Shown here: positions 48,210 through 58,173 of the stretch, piece after piece
Layout of the letters: the number at the start of each line of letters is the position of its first letter
Position numbering within the stretch: the first letter of the stretch is position 1
DNA from: an uncultured Candidatus Rokubacteria bacterium
Lineage (GTDB): Bacteria; Methylomirabilota; Methylomirabilia; Rokubacteriales; DASRDR01
Direction of reading: 5' to 3'
Length of the DNA: 64,000 nt
NCBI GenBank assembly: GCA_963805625.1
Contig: CAWDVE010000010.1
Span: 1,664,001 to 1,728,000, forward strand
Position numbers and translations under genes: made by a program
The notes under the pieces: model-generated
Told to the model about the DNA's origin: nothing
Database searches by the model: none
Seen by the model: only the letters and a program-made list of their open reading frames with translations

Positions 48210-50000
48210 ATGGCACTGCGAATCGAGGACTATGCGATCATCGGGAACTGCGAAACGGCGGCCCTCATCGGTCGAGACGGCTCGATCGACTGGCTCTGCA
48301 TTCCCCGCTTCGACTCGCCCGCTTGTTTCGCGGCGCTCCTCGGGACGGCCGAGCACGGCCGGTGGCTCGTCGCGCCCGTCAGCCCCGTGCGGACGGTCCG
48401 GCGACGCTATCGGCCAGGGACGCTGGTCCTCGAGACGGAGCTCGAGACCGAGGAAGGCATCGTCGTCCTGATCGACTGCATGTCGATGGGAATGTCCGCG
48501 CCCGCTCTGGTCCGGATGGTCGAGGGCAAGCGCGGCGCCGTTCCCATGCGGTTCGAGCTGGTCATCCGACTGGACTTCGGTTCGCGCATTCCGTGGGTTC
48601 GACACTGCGATGACGGACTCCGCGCGATCGGAGGTCCCAACGCCTTGCGGCTCTGGACGCCGGTTCCCGTCCGAGGGCAGGACTTCCGCACGGTCGCCGA
48701 GTTCACCGTGGGGGCGGAGCAGGCCGTGCCATTCGCACTCACCTGGTATCCGTCGCACGAGCCCGAGCCCTCGGCGCCGCTCCCGGAGGCTGCGATCCGC
48801 GAGACCGAGGCCTGGTGGCGCGACTGGTCGGCCCGGTGCACCTACGAGGGGGACTGGCACGAGCCCGTGGTCCGCTCGCTCATCACGCTGAAGGCGCTCA
48901 CGTATGCGCCGACCGGCGGCCTGGTGGCGGCGGCCACGACCTCGCTGCCCGAGCGCCTTGGCGGCGTGCGGAACTGGGACTACCGGTTTTGCTGGCTCCG
49001 CGATGCCACCTTCGCGCTGTACGCCCTGATGACTGGCGGATACGTGGAGGAGGCGCGAGCTTGGCGGGAGTGGCTCGTGCGCGCGGTGGCCGGCCGCCCC
49101 GCCCACGCTCAGATCCTCTACGGCGTCACGGGAGACCGGCTGCTTCCGGAGTGGGAGCTGTCGTGGCTCCCGGGATACGAGGGCTCTGCCCCGGTCCGGA
49201 TTGGCAACGCGGCGAGCACGCAATTCCAGCTCGACGTCTATGGGGAAATCGTCGACGCGCTCCACTGCGCTCGGCGTATCGGCCTCGAGCCGGACGAGAA
49301 TGCCTGGCGCGTCGAGCGGGCGATAGTAGAGTACGTCGAGTCTGTGTGGCGGGAACCCGACGAGGGGATCTGGGAGGTTCGCGGACCCCGCCGCCCGTTC
49401 ACGCACTCTCGGGTCATGGCCTGGGTCGCGGTGGACCGCGCGGTCAAGGCCGTCGAGCGGTTCGGCCTCGCCGGCCCGACGGAGCGGTGGCGCCAGGTCC
49501 GGGAGGTGATTCACGAGGACGTCTGCCGCTACGGCTACGACTCCGACTTGGGCACCTTCGTCCAGTCCTACGGCTCCAAGCTTCTCGATGCGAGCCTCCT
49601 GATGATTCCGCTCGTCGGCTTTCTGCCGGCCACCGACTCGCGCGTGCTCGGCACGGTGCAGGCGATTCGCCGCCACCTGGTCTCAGATGGCTTCGTGGCG
49701 CGGTACCAGACGCGGCCTGACGTCGACGGTCTGCCGTCAGGCGAAGGCGTCTTCCTGGCGTGCACCTTCTGGCTTGCCGACAACCTCGCGCTCCAGGGTC
49801 GCGTGACGGAGGCGCGCGAGCTCTTCGAGCGTCTGCTTGCGCTGCGAAATGACGTCGGCCTTCTGTCAGAGGAGTACGACCCCGCCTCGCAACGCCTGCT
49901 CGGGAACTTCCCTCAGGCAGTCACCCACATGGGTCTCATCAACACAGCGCGCAACCTGACTCGCCAGGGGGGACCCGCCGAGCACCGCTCGGGCCAGTGA
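48210..50000 (+). CDS. Glycoside hydrolase family 15 (trehalase/glucoamylase-like)
   Basis: IEDYAIIGN, AAATTSLPE...RNWDYRFCWLRD, QLDVYGE, DEGIWE, LSEE, GNFPQA. Confidence 0.94.
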   Translation: MALRIEDYAIIGNCETAALIGRDGSIDWLCIPRFDSPACFAALLGTAEHGRWLVAPVSPVRTVRRRYRPGTLVLETELETEEGIVVLIDCMSMGMSAPALVRMVEGKRGAVPMRFELVIRLDFGSRIPWVRHCDDGLRAIGGPNALRLWTPVPVRGQDFRTVAEFTVGAEQAVPFALTWYPSHEPEPSAPLPEAAIRETEAWWRDWSARCTYEGDWHEPVVRSLITLKALTYAPTGGLVAAATTSLPERLGGVRNWDYRFCWLRDATFALYALMTGGYVEEARAWREWLVRAVAGRPAHAQILYGVTGDRLLPEWELSWLPGYEGSAPVRIGNAASTQFQLDVYGEIVDALHCARRIGLEPDENAWRVERAIVEYVESVWREPDEGIWEVRGPRRPFTHSRVMAWVAVDRAVKAVERFGLAGPTERWRQVREVIHEDVCRYGYDSDLGTFVQSYGSKLLDASLLMIPLVGFLPATDSRVLGTVQAIRRHLVSDGFVARYQTRPDVDGLPSGEGVFLACTFWLADNLALQGRVTEARELFERLLALRNDVGLLSEEYDPASQRLLGNFPQAVTHMGLINTARNLTRQGGPAEHRSGQ

Positions 50001-50693
50001 CCCAGGGGAGGACGTCGGACGGATCGAGCCGAGTTGCAGGCTCCCGTCGAGCGAGCCGAGCAGGGAGACAGCGACCGACAAACTCCGACACGCGACCGGG
50101 GAGCGATTGAACTCGTGCCGCACGAGCTCTCGAAGGTCCGCCCCCTGCACGGACCTGCCCATGATCTTCTTCTTGGCGCTCCAGCACTAGCTCGTTCGAC
50201 GAGGGGGCCAGGACGGAGGCCGCGTCGCACGACGTCGCATTGTCCGCGCCGCGCCAGCGTGTCGTCGTCATCCGAGTGGGGGCAGGAGCGGCTAGGCCGC
50301 GTCGGGCCCGTGACACCACCATCCGGGGCGTGGGCGCCACCTGCGCTCGGCTTCCAGCCCCAAAGGCGCGTCGGCCAGGGCTCGGAGGACTCACGCCGGC
50401 CCGCGGGCACTGGCGGGAACCACCGCGGTCGAACGCCCGTCATGCGAACGGTGTGACGCCGAGCCACGCCCGTCCATCAAAGGTGTCGAGGTTGAGGCGG
50501 GGCCACACGAAGGGCCTGAGGATCCCGGAATCCAGAGGCCAATGGAGAAACGCAAGGTCGCGCTACCGCATGGTCATGACCCACGGTCGGCTGGGCACGG
50601 ACCACGGTCGGTGGTCCGACGGCATGCTCCTCAGCGACTCCGCCGCGGCCAACGCCGCGCCTCGAGCCGAGGGGCGACTGGGGGCGGACCTCG

Positions 50694-51110
50694 TCAACCG
50701 TTCCCCGAGGAACGCCGCCTTCGCCTGGTTGCGGCCGTTCGGGCTTGATGTGCGAGCGCGGTCGACGAGGCGGCCCCTTGGCCCTCCCGCTTGAGCGCCC
50801 GCAGCGTCGCCCGGGATCGGGCCGGAGATTCCGGGGCGCCCTGGTGCGCTTGCCCGCGTTGATAGGCGCGGGTGGCGCTCCGGCGCGTCCGCTCCGAAGT
50901 CTCTCCCTTGGCAGGTGGCTTCAGCGGAACCCCCGCCCGGCGGGCCTTCGAGAGGCCGATGGCGATGGCCTGCTTGGTCGATCGGGCTCCGTGTTTGCCC
51001 TCACGAATGTGCTCGATCTCCTCGCGCACGAACTCGCCCGCCTGTGTGCTGGGGGCCTTACCCTCGCGCCTGTCCTGTCGCGCCCGCTTGATCGTCCGCT
51101 TCTCCGGCAT
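50694..51110 (-). CDS. Basic DUF6496-like (KQAIAIGLS) protein
   Basis: GKAPSTQAGEFVREEIEHIREGKHGARSTKQAIAIGLSKARRAG. Confidence 0.8.
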   Translation of the reverse strand: MPEKRTIKRARQDRREGKAPSTQAGEFVREEIEHIREGKHGARSTKQAIAIGLSKARRAGVPLKPPAKGETSERTRRSATRAYQRGQAHQGAPESPARSRATLRALKREGQGAASSTALAHQARTAATRRRRRSSGNG

Positions 51111-51199
51111 TGATGGCTCATTTCTCGACGCCTGCCCCGCGGAATCTGTCAACAAGAATGAGACAGTTGGTTCTTGAGTTTAGTGGAGGGGCGCCTCCC

Positions 51200-51395
51200 G
51201 GCGGGCCCGATCGTCGCCGCGACGAGGCCGGTCTTCGCGCACTTCAGATCCCGGTAGTCGCCCGACAGCACCGGAGGCTGCGCGGCCCCGCGGGGCGGCC
51301 GTAGTTTGGGTGGTTGAAGAAGGCGATGGACAGCCGTGGTCCGCTCGGGCCATGAGCGGCGGGCGGGGTCACGACGCGATGGAGGTTGGAGTGTT
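51200..51395 (-). pseudogene. C-terminal remnant of an isopenicillin-N-synthase-like 2OG-Fe(II) oxygenase
   Basis: SNLHRVVTPP...RLSIAFFNHPNY, then PPVLSGDY in another frame. Confidence 0.65.
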
Positions 51396-51578
51396 TGCGC
51401 CCTGTCCCGAATAGAAGCATCGACCGTGCCGGGTCCGCGAGATGTCCGGACGCTGGAATATCCCGTCTCGCAATGGGTGTTGCGCAATGCTCCGTTCCCG
51501 TGCCCCGATGACGTCGCCCCGTCGAAATGGCGCGGACCTGCAGCTCACCGGCGCGTCGTCCACCGCTCGGCCAAACGA

Positions 51579-52472
51579 TCATCGAGCGGCCACGACTGCA
51601 TGCTCGGTGGGACGGACCCGTCTCCGTCGATGCTGAGCGTAGACGAAGGTGATCTCGGCGCCGAAGAACATGATGAGAGACGAATAGTAGACCCATACGA
51701 GGAATACGACCAATGATCCCGCCGCACCATACGAGGATCCGATGCTTGCGTGGCCGAGATACAGGCCGATCAGGAACTTGCCGATGCCGAACAGGACTGA
51801 TGTGGTGACCGCTCCTACCCATACATCTGGCCAGCCGAGGCGAACGTCGGGCAGGACCCGATAGACCATCGCGATCAGAACCGAGATGACCAGCAAGGAA
51901 ACCAGGAAGTTCAGGACCTGCCACAGAGTGCCGCCACCCGGAAACGTCCGCGACAGATATCCTTGAAGTGCGGCCAGCGTGGCACTCACCACCAAGGACA
52001 CCAGCAGAAGAAAGCCAACCGCTAGGACCAGGGCCAGGGACAAGAGCCGGGTACGGATCAGGCTCCAGAGCAAACCACGCCGGGTGACGGTGTTCACCGC
52101 GGTCTTCACCCCCCAGATCTGATTCAGCGAAGACTGCAATTGCGCGAATACCGTCGTGGCGCCGAACAGCAGCGTAATGACGCCGACCGTCATGGACCCA
52201 ACGCTCTGGCCTGATAGACTCGTGCTCTCCAGCACCGTTCGGACCGTCTCTGCCCCGGCGTGCCCGATCAACTCTCGGATCTGTGTGAGCAGCTCGGAAC
52301 GCACGGGCTGCTCGCCCCACACCAGCCCGGCCACGGCCACGATGATCAAGACCAGAGGCGAGAGCGACAGGACGGTATAGAACGACAGGGCGGCGGATAG
52401 CTGGAATGGGGAGTCCTCCAAGAACTTGGTGACGGATTCGTGTGCAACCTTCCAGTACGTGCGCCCGGTCAT
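51579..52472 (-). CDS. YihY/BrkB family inner membrane protein
   Basis: SAALSFYTVLSLSP, LQSSLNQIW, YGAAGSLVVFLVWVYYSS...GAE. Confidence 0.93.
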   Translation of the reverse strand: MTGRTYWKVAHESVTKFLEDSPFQLSAALSFYTVLSLSPLVLIIVAVAGLVWGEQPVRSELLTQIRELIGHAGAETVRTVLESTSLSGQSVGSMTVGVITLLFGATTVFAQLQSSLNQIWGVKTAVNTVTRRGLLWSLIRTRLLSLALVLAVGFLLLVSLVVSATLAALQGYLSRTFPGGGTLWQVLNFLVSLLVISVLIAMVYRVLPDVRLGWPDVWVGAVTTSVLFGIGKFLIGLYLGHASIGSSYGAAGSLVVFLVWVYYSSLIMFFGAEITFVYAQHRRRRVRPTEHAVVAAR

Positions 52473-52617
52473 GGCGCGAGCTCCGATCTCCAGAACCCCC
52501 TCTCAGGTCGAGTCACGTGGGTGGCCACTGCCGGAGCACAACACTGGCGGATGCGCTACCCGCTCGCCCCTTTGACCTACGAATCCGTGGGACCATGGAT
52601 CCTCAAGCTTCCCAGCG

Positions 52618-52633
52618 TGCAAGGGCCCTGCCT
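52618..52633 (-). promoter_or_regulatory. Possible sigma-54 promoter for the yihY-like gene
   Basis: Minus strand AGGCAG-GGCCC-TTGCA; GG and GC correctly spaced. Confidence 0.4.
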
Positions 52634-52940
52634 TGCCGTCGTCAGAGCAGCCGGCCGGAGGAGAATCGTCGTCTACGACAGCGCGTCATGGTGACGCCAG
52701 AATGACGGCCGCCACGCGGCCGCCACACCGCCGGCTCGAGACTCGGCGTCCTTGGACGGACGTGCCCCGGGATCCCCCATTCGGCTGAGTGACTACGGCG
52801 TGGCCCGCGATGGGCTCTGTGCCTTATTCGAAGCGGCCAGCGCCCTGGGCCATTCTCCTCGACGCCTCGCGAATCGGCACGCCCAAGAGAGCCGGCGGAT
52901 GGCATGTAGACGGGCTTTCTGTCCAGTCCGTTCGCCTTGC

Positions 52941-52956
52941 TGGCATACCGCTTGCT
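52941..52956 (+). promoter_or_regulatory. Putative sigma-54 promoter
   Basis: TGGCAT-ACCGC-TTGCT about 70 nt upstream of ATG 53025. Confidence 0.65.
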
Positions 52957-53024
52957 CACGGTGGAGGTAGGGCTGAAGGATGAAAGAGACTTGGAAGGTC
53001 GCGGCCGTGAAGGAGGAGTTCGTT

Positions 53025-53609
53025 ATGGTGACGAATCCGGCAGAGCGCATCACGCCGCGCGCTGTCGCTGGACGGTGGCCGGTGGATTGGAGCGCGATTT
53101 GGGCCGGGGCGCTTAGTGCCGTGGTGGTCGGTCTGATCATCACTCTGATCGGCATCGCGGTGGGAGCGCACAAGACCGCCGTCACTCGCATCGTCCACTG
53201 GAGCGAGTTCGGGTTCGGCACTCTGATCTTCACCGTGTTCGGAGCATTTCTGTCGTTCGTCGTCGGCGGCTGGGTCGCGGGACGGATCGCGGGATTTGTC
53301 CGCTCGGAGCCCGCCATACTCCACGCCGCGATTTCCTGGCTTCTGGGCGTGAGTCTAATCGTCGCGGCCGGCTCGTTCGGAGGAGCCCCGTTCGGCCCCT
53401 GGTATCGCAGCGTCACGGTGCTCAGGGCGCCCGCAGTGCCAACTGTCGTGGAGGATCCAGACACGGCACGGGCCGCGAGGAATGCCGCCCTCGGCGGGGT
53501 CGCGGCGCTGCTGCTGGGGCTCGTCGGCGCCGTCGTCGGCGGCTGGATGGCGTCTGGCGAACCGATGACCCTGACGTATTACCGGTCACGCGAGCAGCGG
53601 GCCGGGTAG
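53025..53609 (+). CDS. Four-TM hypothetical membrane protein (WSAIWAG type)
   Basis: RBS AAGGAGG; VDWSAIWAGA, SFVVGGWVAGR, LHAAISW. Confidence 0.8.
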   Translation: MVTNPAERITPRAVAGRWPVDWSAIWAGALSAVVVGLIITLIGIAVGAHKTAVTRIVHWSEFGFGTLIFTVFGAFLSFVVGGWVAGRIAGFVRSEPAILHAAISWLLGVSLIVAAGSFGGAPFGPWYRSVTVLRAPAVPTVVEDPDTARAARNAALGGVAALLLGLVGAVVGGWMASGEPMTLTYYRSREQRAG

Positions 53610-53622
53610 GAGGACACACTCG

Positions 53623-53703
53623 ATGGCACTGATTCTGCTCTGGCTCCTTGGTGTTCCGTTGACTCTGATCGTCATACTCTTTCTGCTCGGTGTGGGGCAC
53701 TGA
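53623..53703 (+). CDS. 26-aa single-TM small protein (LLWLLGVP type)
   Basis: AGGAGG RBS, MALILLWLLGVPLTLIVILFLLGVGH*. Confidence 0.75.
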   Translation: MALILLWLLGVPLTLIVILFLLGVGH

Positions 53704-53712
53704 TATCCGGCC

Positions 53713-53895
53713 GTGCGCAGCCTCGGAACAGAGACCGTCGAACGTCTCATTGATAAAGCCTTCAAGGAGCACCACGTGGTGGACCTCGTGCTCGCCGAAT
53801 TGCCTCGGGTGAGTCCGCGGGACGATCGCTTCGTCGCCAAGATGACGGTTCTGTCCGAGCTGGTCGACCAGCACGTGCAGTCCTTGGAGGACATC
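53713..53895 (+). pseudogene. Hemerythrin-domain fragment
   Basis: EHHVVDLVLAEL...FVAKMTVLSELVDQHV; N-terminal helices absent. Confidence 0.6.
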
Positions 53896-54199
53896 ACGAG
53901 TCGGTGTGCATCGAGGCGCTCGCCCCCGGTTTCAGGCTAGAAGACTCGCCGTCCGAGTTCCCTGATCACAACCCTACCGTACCCCTCGATTGGGATCTAT
54001 CGAACGATCCGACGGACCGGACTTCCATTCGTGGAGGCTCTAGCCTTGGGAAAGCTGGCTTCGCGGCCCTGTAGCCGTTTCGCATGCGTGCCCAGTGGTC
54101 TCGTGGCGGAGCCGGCACGCGCAGCTTTCGCGAGGTTTTCCCAAGACTTGGCGGCTTCCTGGACGGGTTGCGACGAAGGGCCCCGAGGCCAACGGTGAT

Positions 54200-54255
54200 C
54201 CTGTCTCGCGACCTGTCTCGCGAGCTGTGTCCCGCTCCGAAGGTGTCCCGCTCCG
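54200..54255. repeat. Paired direct repeats CCTGTCTCGCGA x2 and GTGTCCCGCTCCG x2
   Basis: Four TGTC(T/C)CGC cores at 54202, 54214, 54228 and 54244. Confidence 0.75.
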
Positions 54256-54369
54256 GGGGTTGCGGCCACTGGCCCCCTGAGCGAAGATGGGCCGCACGCG
54301 ACCCCCCGTGACCCTTCCGGCGAGGCGGGCCACGACCGTCTCCCGGTCCGGATGCAGAGAGGAGGCAAC

Positions 54370-55545
54370 GTGGCGAACCCTCCTCGCCTCCCCGTCCGCG
54401 ACGTCATCGTCATCGGAGGCGGGATCAGCGGGACGGCGGCGGCCTACGAACTGGCGCGGACGGGCGTCGCCGTCACCCTTTTGGAGAAGGGGGATCTCGC
54501 CAGCATGGCGTCCGGATGGACGCTCGCGGGGGTCAGGCAGTCCGGCCGCGACCCCGCGGAGTTGCCGCTGGCGATGGCCGCCGTGCTGCGCTGGGCAGAA
54601 CTGGCCGACGAGCTGGGGACCGAGGTCGAGTACCGGCAGGAAGGGAACCTTCGTCTGGCCCGGACGTCCGAAGAGGTTCCGATCGTCTCCGAGCTGGTGC
54701 GAACCCAGCGAGCGCTCGGCCTCGACCTCGTCTTCCTGCCGGACGCCGCCGCCGTCCGAGCGGTCGCGCCGGCGCTCGCCGACACCGTGCTGGCCGCCTC
54801 CTACTGCCGAAGCGACGGCCACGCGAACCCAACTCTCGCGGTCCGGGCCTTCGCTGCCGCGGCAGAGCAGCACGGCGCGGCCATCCGCGTCGGAGTCGAG
54901 GTCAAGAGCATCCACGCGACAGGAGGGCGCGTCCACGGCGTCGCGACGACCGCGGGTCCGGTCGCGGCCGACGTGGTCGTCGTCGCGGCCGGCGTCCACT
55001 CCGCCGCGCTCTGCGAGACGATCGGCCTCGCGCTGCCGCTGACCGTGCGGCACGCGACGATCGTGCAGACGGTCCCGCTGCCCCCCCTCGTCCGGCAGGT
55101 CCTCGGTGTGGCGAATGCGGACTTCGCGGGGCGGCAGGAGGTGTCGGGGCGATTCCGCATGAGCGGTGACGCGGTGCCGTGGCGGTGGCCAAGTGGGCTG
55201 ATTGACGCCGACTCGGTCCAACCGTCGGCGGCCAGCGTCGCCGCAACGATCGCCCGCGGCATCGCCATCCTCCCGGCCCTGGAGAGCGCCGGCATCGCCC
55301 GCGTGTGGGGCGGACTCATCGACATGACGCCGGACGGCCTACCGATCCTTGGTTGCGTACCCGAAGTCGAGGGTTTGGTCCTAGCGGCTGGCTTCTCGGG
55401 TCACGGCTTCTGCCTGGGACCCGCCACCGGCCAGATCGTCCGCGAGCTCGTGACAACGGGGCAGGCCTCGCTGACGCTCACACCCTTCCGCTGGAGCCGC
55501 TTCGCCGGCGTGAGGGGGGTCGCGGCGACCACGCTCCATGGGTGA
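54370..55545 (+). CDS. FAD-dependent oxidoreductase (DAO/sarcosine oxidase beta-like)
   Basis: VIVIGGGISG, ASGWTLAGVR, TPDGLPILG, GFSGHGF. Confidence 0.93.
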   Translation: MANPPRLPVRDVIVIGGGISGTAAAYELARTGVAVTLLEKGDLASMASGWTLAGVRQSGRDPAELPLAMAAVLRWAELADELGTEVEYRQEGNLRLARTSEEVPIVSELVRTQRALGLDLVFLPDAAAVRAVAPALADTVLAASYCRSDGHANPTLAVRAFAAAAEQHGAAIRVGVEVKSIHATGGRVHGVATTAGPVAADVVVVAAGVHSAALCETIGLALPLTVRHATIVQTVPLPPLVRQVLGVANADFAGRQEVSGRFRMSGDAVPWRWPSGLIDADSVQPSAASVAATIARGIAILPALESAGIARVWGGLIDMTPDGLPILGCVPEVEGLVLAAGFSGHGFCLGPATGQIVRELVTTGQASLTLTPFRWSRFAGVRGVAATTLHG

Positions 55546-55574
55546 CACACACTCCGGTCTATGGAGGGAAATCT

Positions 55575-57170
55575 ATGAGATATCGACTGACCCTCGGTCT
55601 CGCCCTCGTGGCCGCCGCGCTGCTCGTCAGCCCGGCCGTGAGCCGGGCGGCGGGTGTCCTGCGACTCGGTCAGAACGCGTCCGACATCGGTAGCCTGGAT
55701 CCGCACTTCGCGACGACCACGCAGGACCGCAGCCTGGTCGACATGGTCTTCAACGGGCTCGTCCGGTACAAGCCGGGCGACGGGTCGATCTTCGAGTCGG
55801 ACCTGGCCCAGAGCATCCCCACGCCGCAGACGACCGGCGGCAAGCAGGTCTGGACGTTCCAGCTCCGCAAGGGTGTCATGTGTCACCCGATGGACGGTGT
55901 GCCGTCCTACGAGCTCACGAGCGAGGACGTCGTCTATTCGCTCCAGAAGTCGGCGGACAAGAACCGTTCCGCGTACGCCGCCGACTACACGGGCATGACG
56001 GTCGAGGCCGCCGACGCCTCCACGGTACGCATCACCCTCGACCAGCCGCTTTCCCCCGTCTTGTTCCTTCCCAAGGTCGCCAACTACTCGGGCGGGTTCA
56101 TCGTGTGCAAGAGGGCGGCCGAGAAGCTCGGGGCAGGAGGGCTCAAGACCCACCCGGTGGGCACCGGCCCGTTCATGTTCAAGACCTATGTTCCCCAGGA
56201 GCGTGTCCAGCTCGTCGCCAACCCGGCCTACTTCCGGGGCAAGCCTCAGCTGGATGGTGTCGACTTCCGCTACATGCCCGACCTGTCGAGCCGTGAGCTG
56301 GCCCTTCGCGGCGGCCAGCTCGACGTGGTCAACGGCGCGCCGGACAAGGCGTGGGTCGAGAAGATGAAGGCCGTCTCCGGCGTGAAGGTGGACGTCTTCG
56401 GGGTGGGCGAGGTCGCCGTCCTGTACTTCCGGACCGGCGCCGCGCCGCTGGACAAACCCGAGGTGCGAAAGGCCATCGCCTTCGCTCTGGACCGGGACGA
56501 GTTCCTCGCCCTGGTGGGTCGTGGCATCGCGGAGAACGTCTACTCCCCGGTTCCGGTGCGGTTCCTGGCTGGCGGGCTCACCAGAGAAGAGGTCGCGGCG
56601 AAGGGGCTCGAATACGCGACCGACCGGGAGAAGGCGAAAAAGCTCCTGGCGCAGGCCGGCGTTCCGAACGGCTTCAGCCTGGAGATGGCCACCTCCGAGA
56701 TGACCGGCTACCGCATCCTCTACGAGTCGATGCAGGCGCAGCTCGCCAAGGTTGGGATCACGATCAACCTCAAGGGCGTGGATCACTCGACGATGCACAG
56801 CCTCATCCGCAAGGACGCCAATCCGTTCGTCATCTACATTGCCTGGCGCCCGAACGCGGACGTGTATCTCACCCAGTTCTTCCACTCGGACTCGATCGTG
56901 GTCACCGGCAAGAAGCCCAATACCAACTTCTCGCACTACAACAAGATCGACGGCCTGATCGAGCAGGCGCGGACCGAGACGGACGCCGCGAAGCAGATCG
57001 CTCTCTGGAAGGAGGCGCAGTTCAAGATCCTGGAGGACATGGTCGCCTACCCGATCCAATATCAGAATCAGGTGTACGCGCGGTCGGCCGCCGTCGATTA
57101 CGGACACGAGCTGGTGTCGGTCCTGGCGCTCTACCCCGGGATCACGGAAAAGACCCGTCTCGTGAAGTAG
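55575..57170 (+). CDS. Peptide-type ABC substrate-binding protein (family 5)
   Basis: Signal peptide, SLDPH, VFNGLVRY, HPVGTGPF. Confidence 0.93.
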   Translation: MRYRLTLGLALVAAALLVSPAVSRAAGVLRLGQNASDIGSLDPHFATTTQDRSLVDMVFNGLVRYKPGDGSIFESDLAQSIPTPQTTGGKQVWTFQLRKGVMCHPMDGVPSYELTSEDVVYSLQKSADKNRSAYAADYTGMTVEAADASTVRITLDQPLSPVLFLPKVANYSGGFIVCKRAAEKLGAGGLKTHPVGTGPFMFKTYVPQERVQLVANPAYFRGKPQLDGVDFRYMPDLSSRELALRGGQLDVVNGAPDKAWVEKMKAVSGVKVDVFGVGEVAVLYFRTGAAPLDKPEVRKAIAFALDRDEFLALVGRGIAENVYSPVPVRFLAGGLTREEVAAKGLEYATDREKAKKLLAQAGVPNGFSLEMATSEMTGYRILYESMQAQLAKVGITINLKGVDHSTMHSLIRKDANPFVIYIAWRPNADVYLTQFFHSDSIVVTGKKPNTNFSHYNKIDGLIEQARTETDAAKQIALWKEAQFKILEDMVAYPIQYQNQVYARSAAVDYGHELVSVLALYPGITEKTRLVK

Positions 57171-57182
57171 CCACCGAGCCAC

Positions 57183-57212
57183 CCGGGCGGGCGCGCAGCC
57201 GCGCCCGCCCGG
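57183..57212 (+). other. Intercistronic 13-bp stem-loop after the binding-protein gene
   Basis: CCGGGCGGGCGCG-CAGC-CGCGCCCGCCCGG with no U-tract; probably an mRNA stabiliser. Confidence 0.6.
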
Positions 57213-57234
57213 ATCGCCTCGGATTCGCCGGCCC

Positions 57235-58173
57235 ATGCCCAAGTACATCGCGCAGCGGCTGTTCCTGTCGGTCCCCGTCTTCCTGGCGGTCGTGACCATC
57301 GTCTTCGTCGTCGTCCGGGTCATCCCGGGCGACCCGGCGACGGCGGCGCTCGGCGATTACGCCTCCAAGGAGGCGGTCGACGCCCTCCGGGAGCGGATGG
57401 GCCTCAACGCCTCCCTTCCCGTCCAGTACGCGCGCTTCCTCGGAGACCTCGCCCGGGGTGATCTCGGCGTTTCCATGATCACGGCAGCGCCGATCCGCGA
57501 CCAGGTCGTGCACGCCCTGCCGTACACCGTCGAGCTGACGGTGGTCTCGATCCTGATTGGGTGCGCGCTGGGTGTGCCCGTCGGCGTCTACACGGCCGTC
57601 CGGCGCAACCGTCTCGGCGACTACGTCGGGCGCATCCTGTCCCTCACGGGCCTGTCCGTCCCGGCCTTTTACTTCGGCATCCTCCTGATCCTGCTCCTGG
57701 CCATCTGGCTCCAGTGGCTGCCGGCGGTGGGGGGGGGCAGCAGCGACGACGTCGTGGACCGCTCGCGCCACCTCGTGGTGCCCGCGCTGACCCTGGGTCT
57801 GATCATGACGGCCTCCGTGGCGCGGCTCGCCCGCTCCGCGATGCTCAACGTCCTCTCCCAGGACTACGTGCGGACGGCCAGGGCGAAGGGGCTCCACGAG
57901 CGGGTGGTGCAGCTCCGCCACGCCCTCCGCTCGGCCCTGGTGCCCGTCGTGTCCGTCACCGGGATCTGGGCCGTGAGCCTGATCGGGGACTCCGTAACGG
58001 TGGAGGTGGTGTTCGCGCGCCCGGGCCTCGGCAAGATGATGGTGGGGGCCATCCTCCAGCGAGACTACACGGCACTCCAGTCCGTCATGGTCGTCTACAC
58101 GGGTTTCGTGGTGGCGATCAATCTCGCCACCGACCTGGTGTACGGATGGGTCGACCCGAGAATCCGGCACTGA
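57235..58173 (+). CDS. ABC permease, DppB-type
   Basis: PGDPA, DYVRTARAKGL, DPRIR. Confidence 0.94.
   Translation: MPKYIAQRLFLSVPVFLAVVTIVFVVVRVIPGDPATAALGDYASKEAVDALRERMGLNASLPVQYARFLGDLARGDLGVSMITAAPIRDQVVHALPYTVELTVVSILIGCALGVPVGVYTAVRRNRLGDYVGRILSLTGLSVPAFYFGILLILLLAIWLQWLPAVGGGSSDDVVDRSRHLVVPALTLGLIMTASVARLARSAMLNVLSQDYVRTARAKGLHERVVQLRHALRSALVPVVSVTGIWAVSLIGDSVTVEVVFARPGLGKMMVGAILQRDYTALQSVMVVYTGFVVAINLATDLVYGWVDPRIRH

Noticed and set aside
50001-50690. Coding sequence between GH15 and the DUF6496-like gene
   Set aside because: Overlapping ORFs on both strands with no motif or convincing RBS; probably decayed sequence
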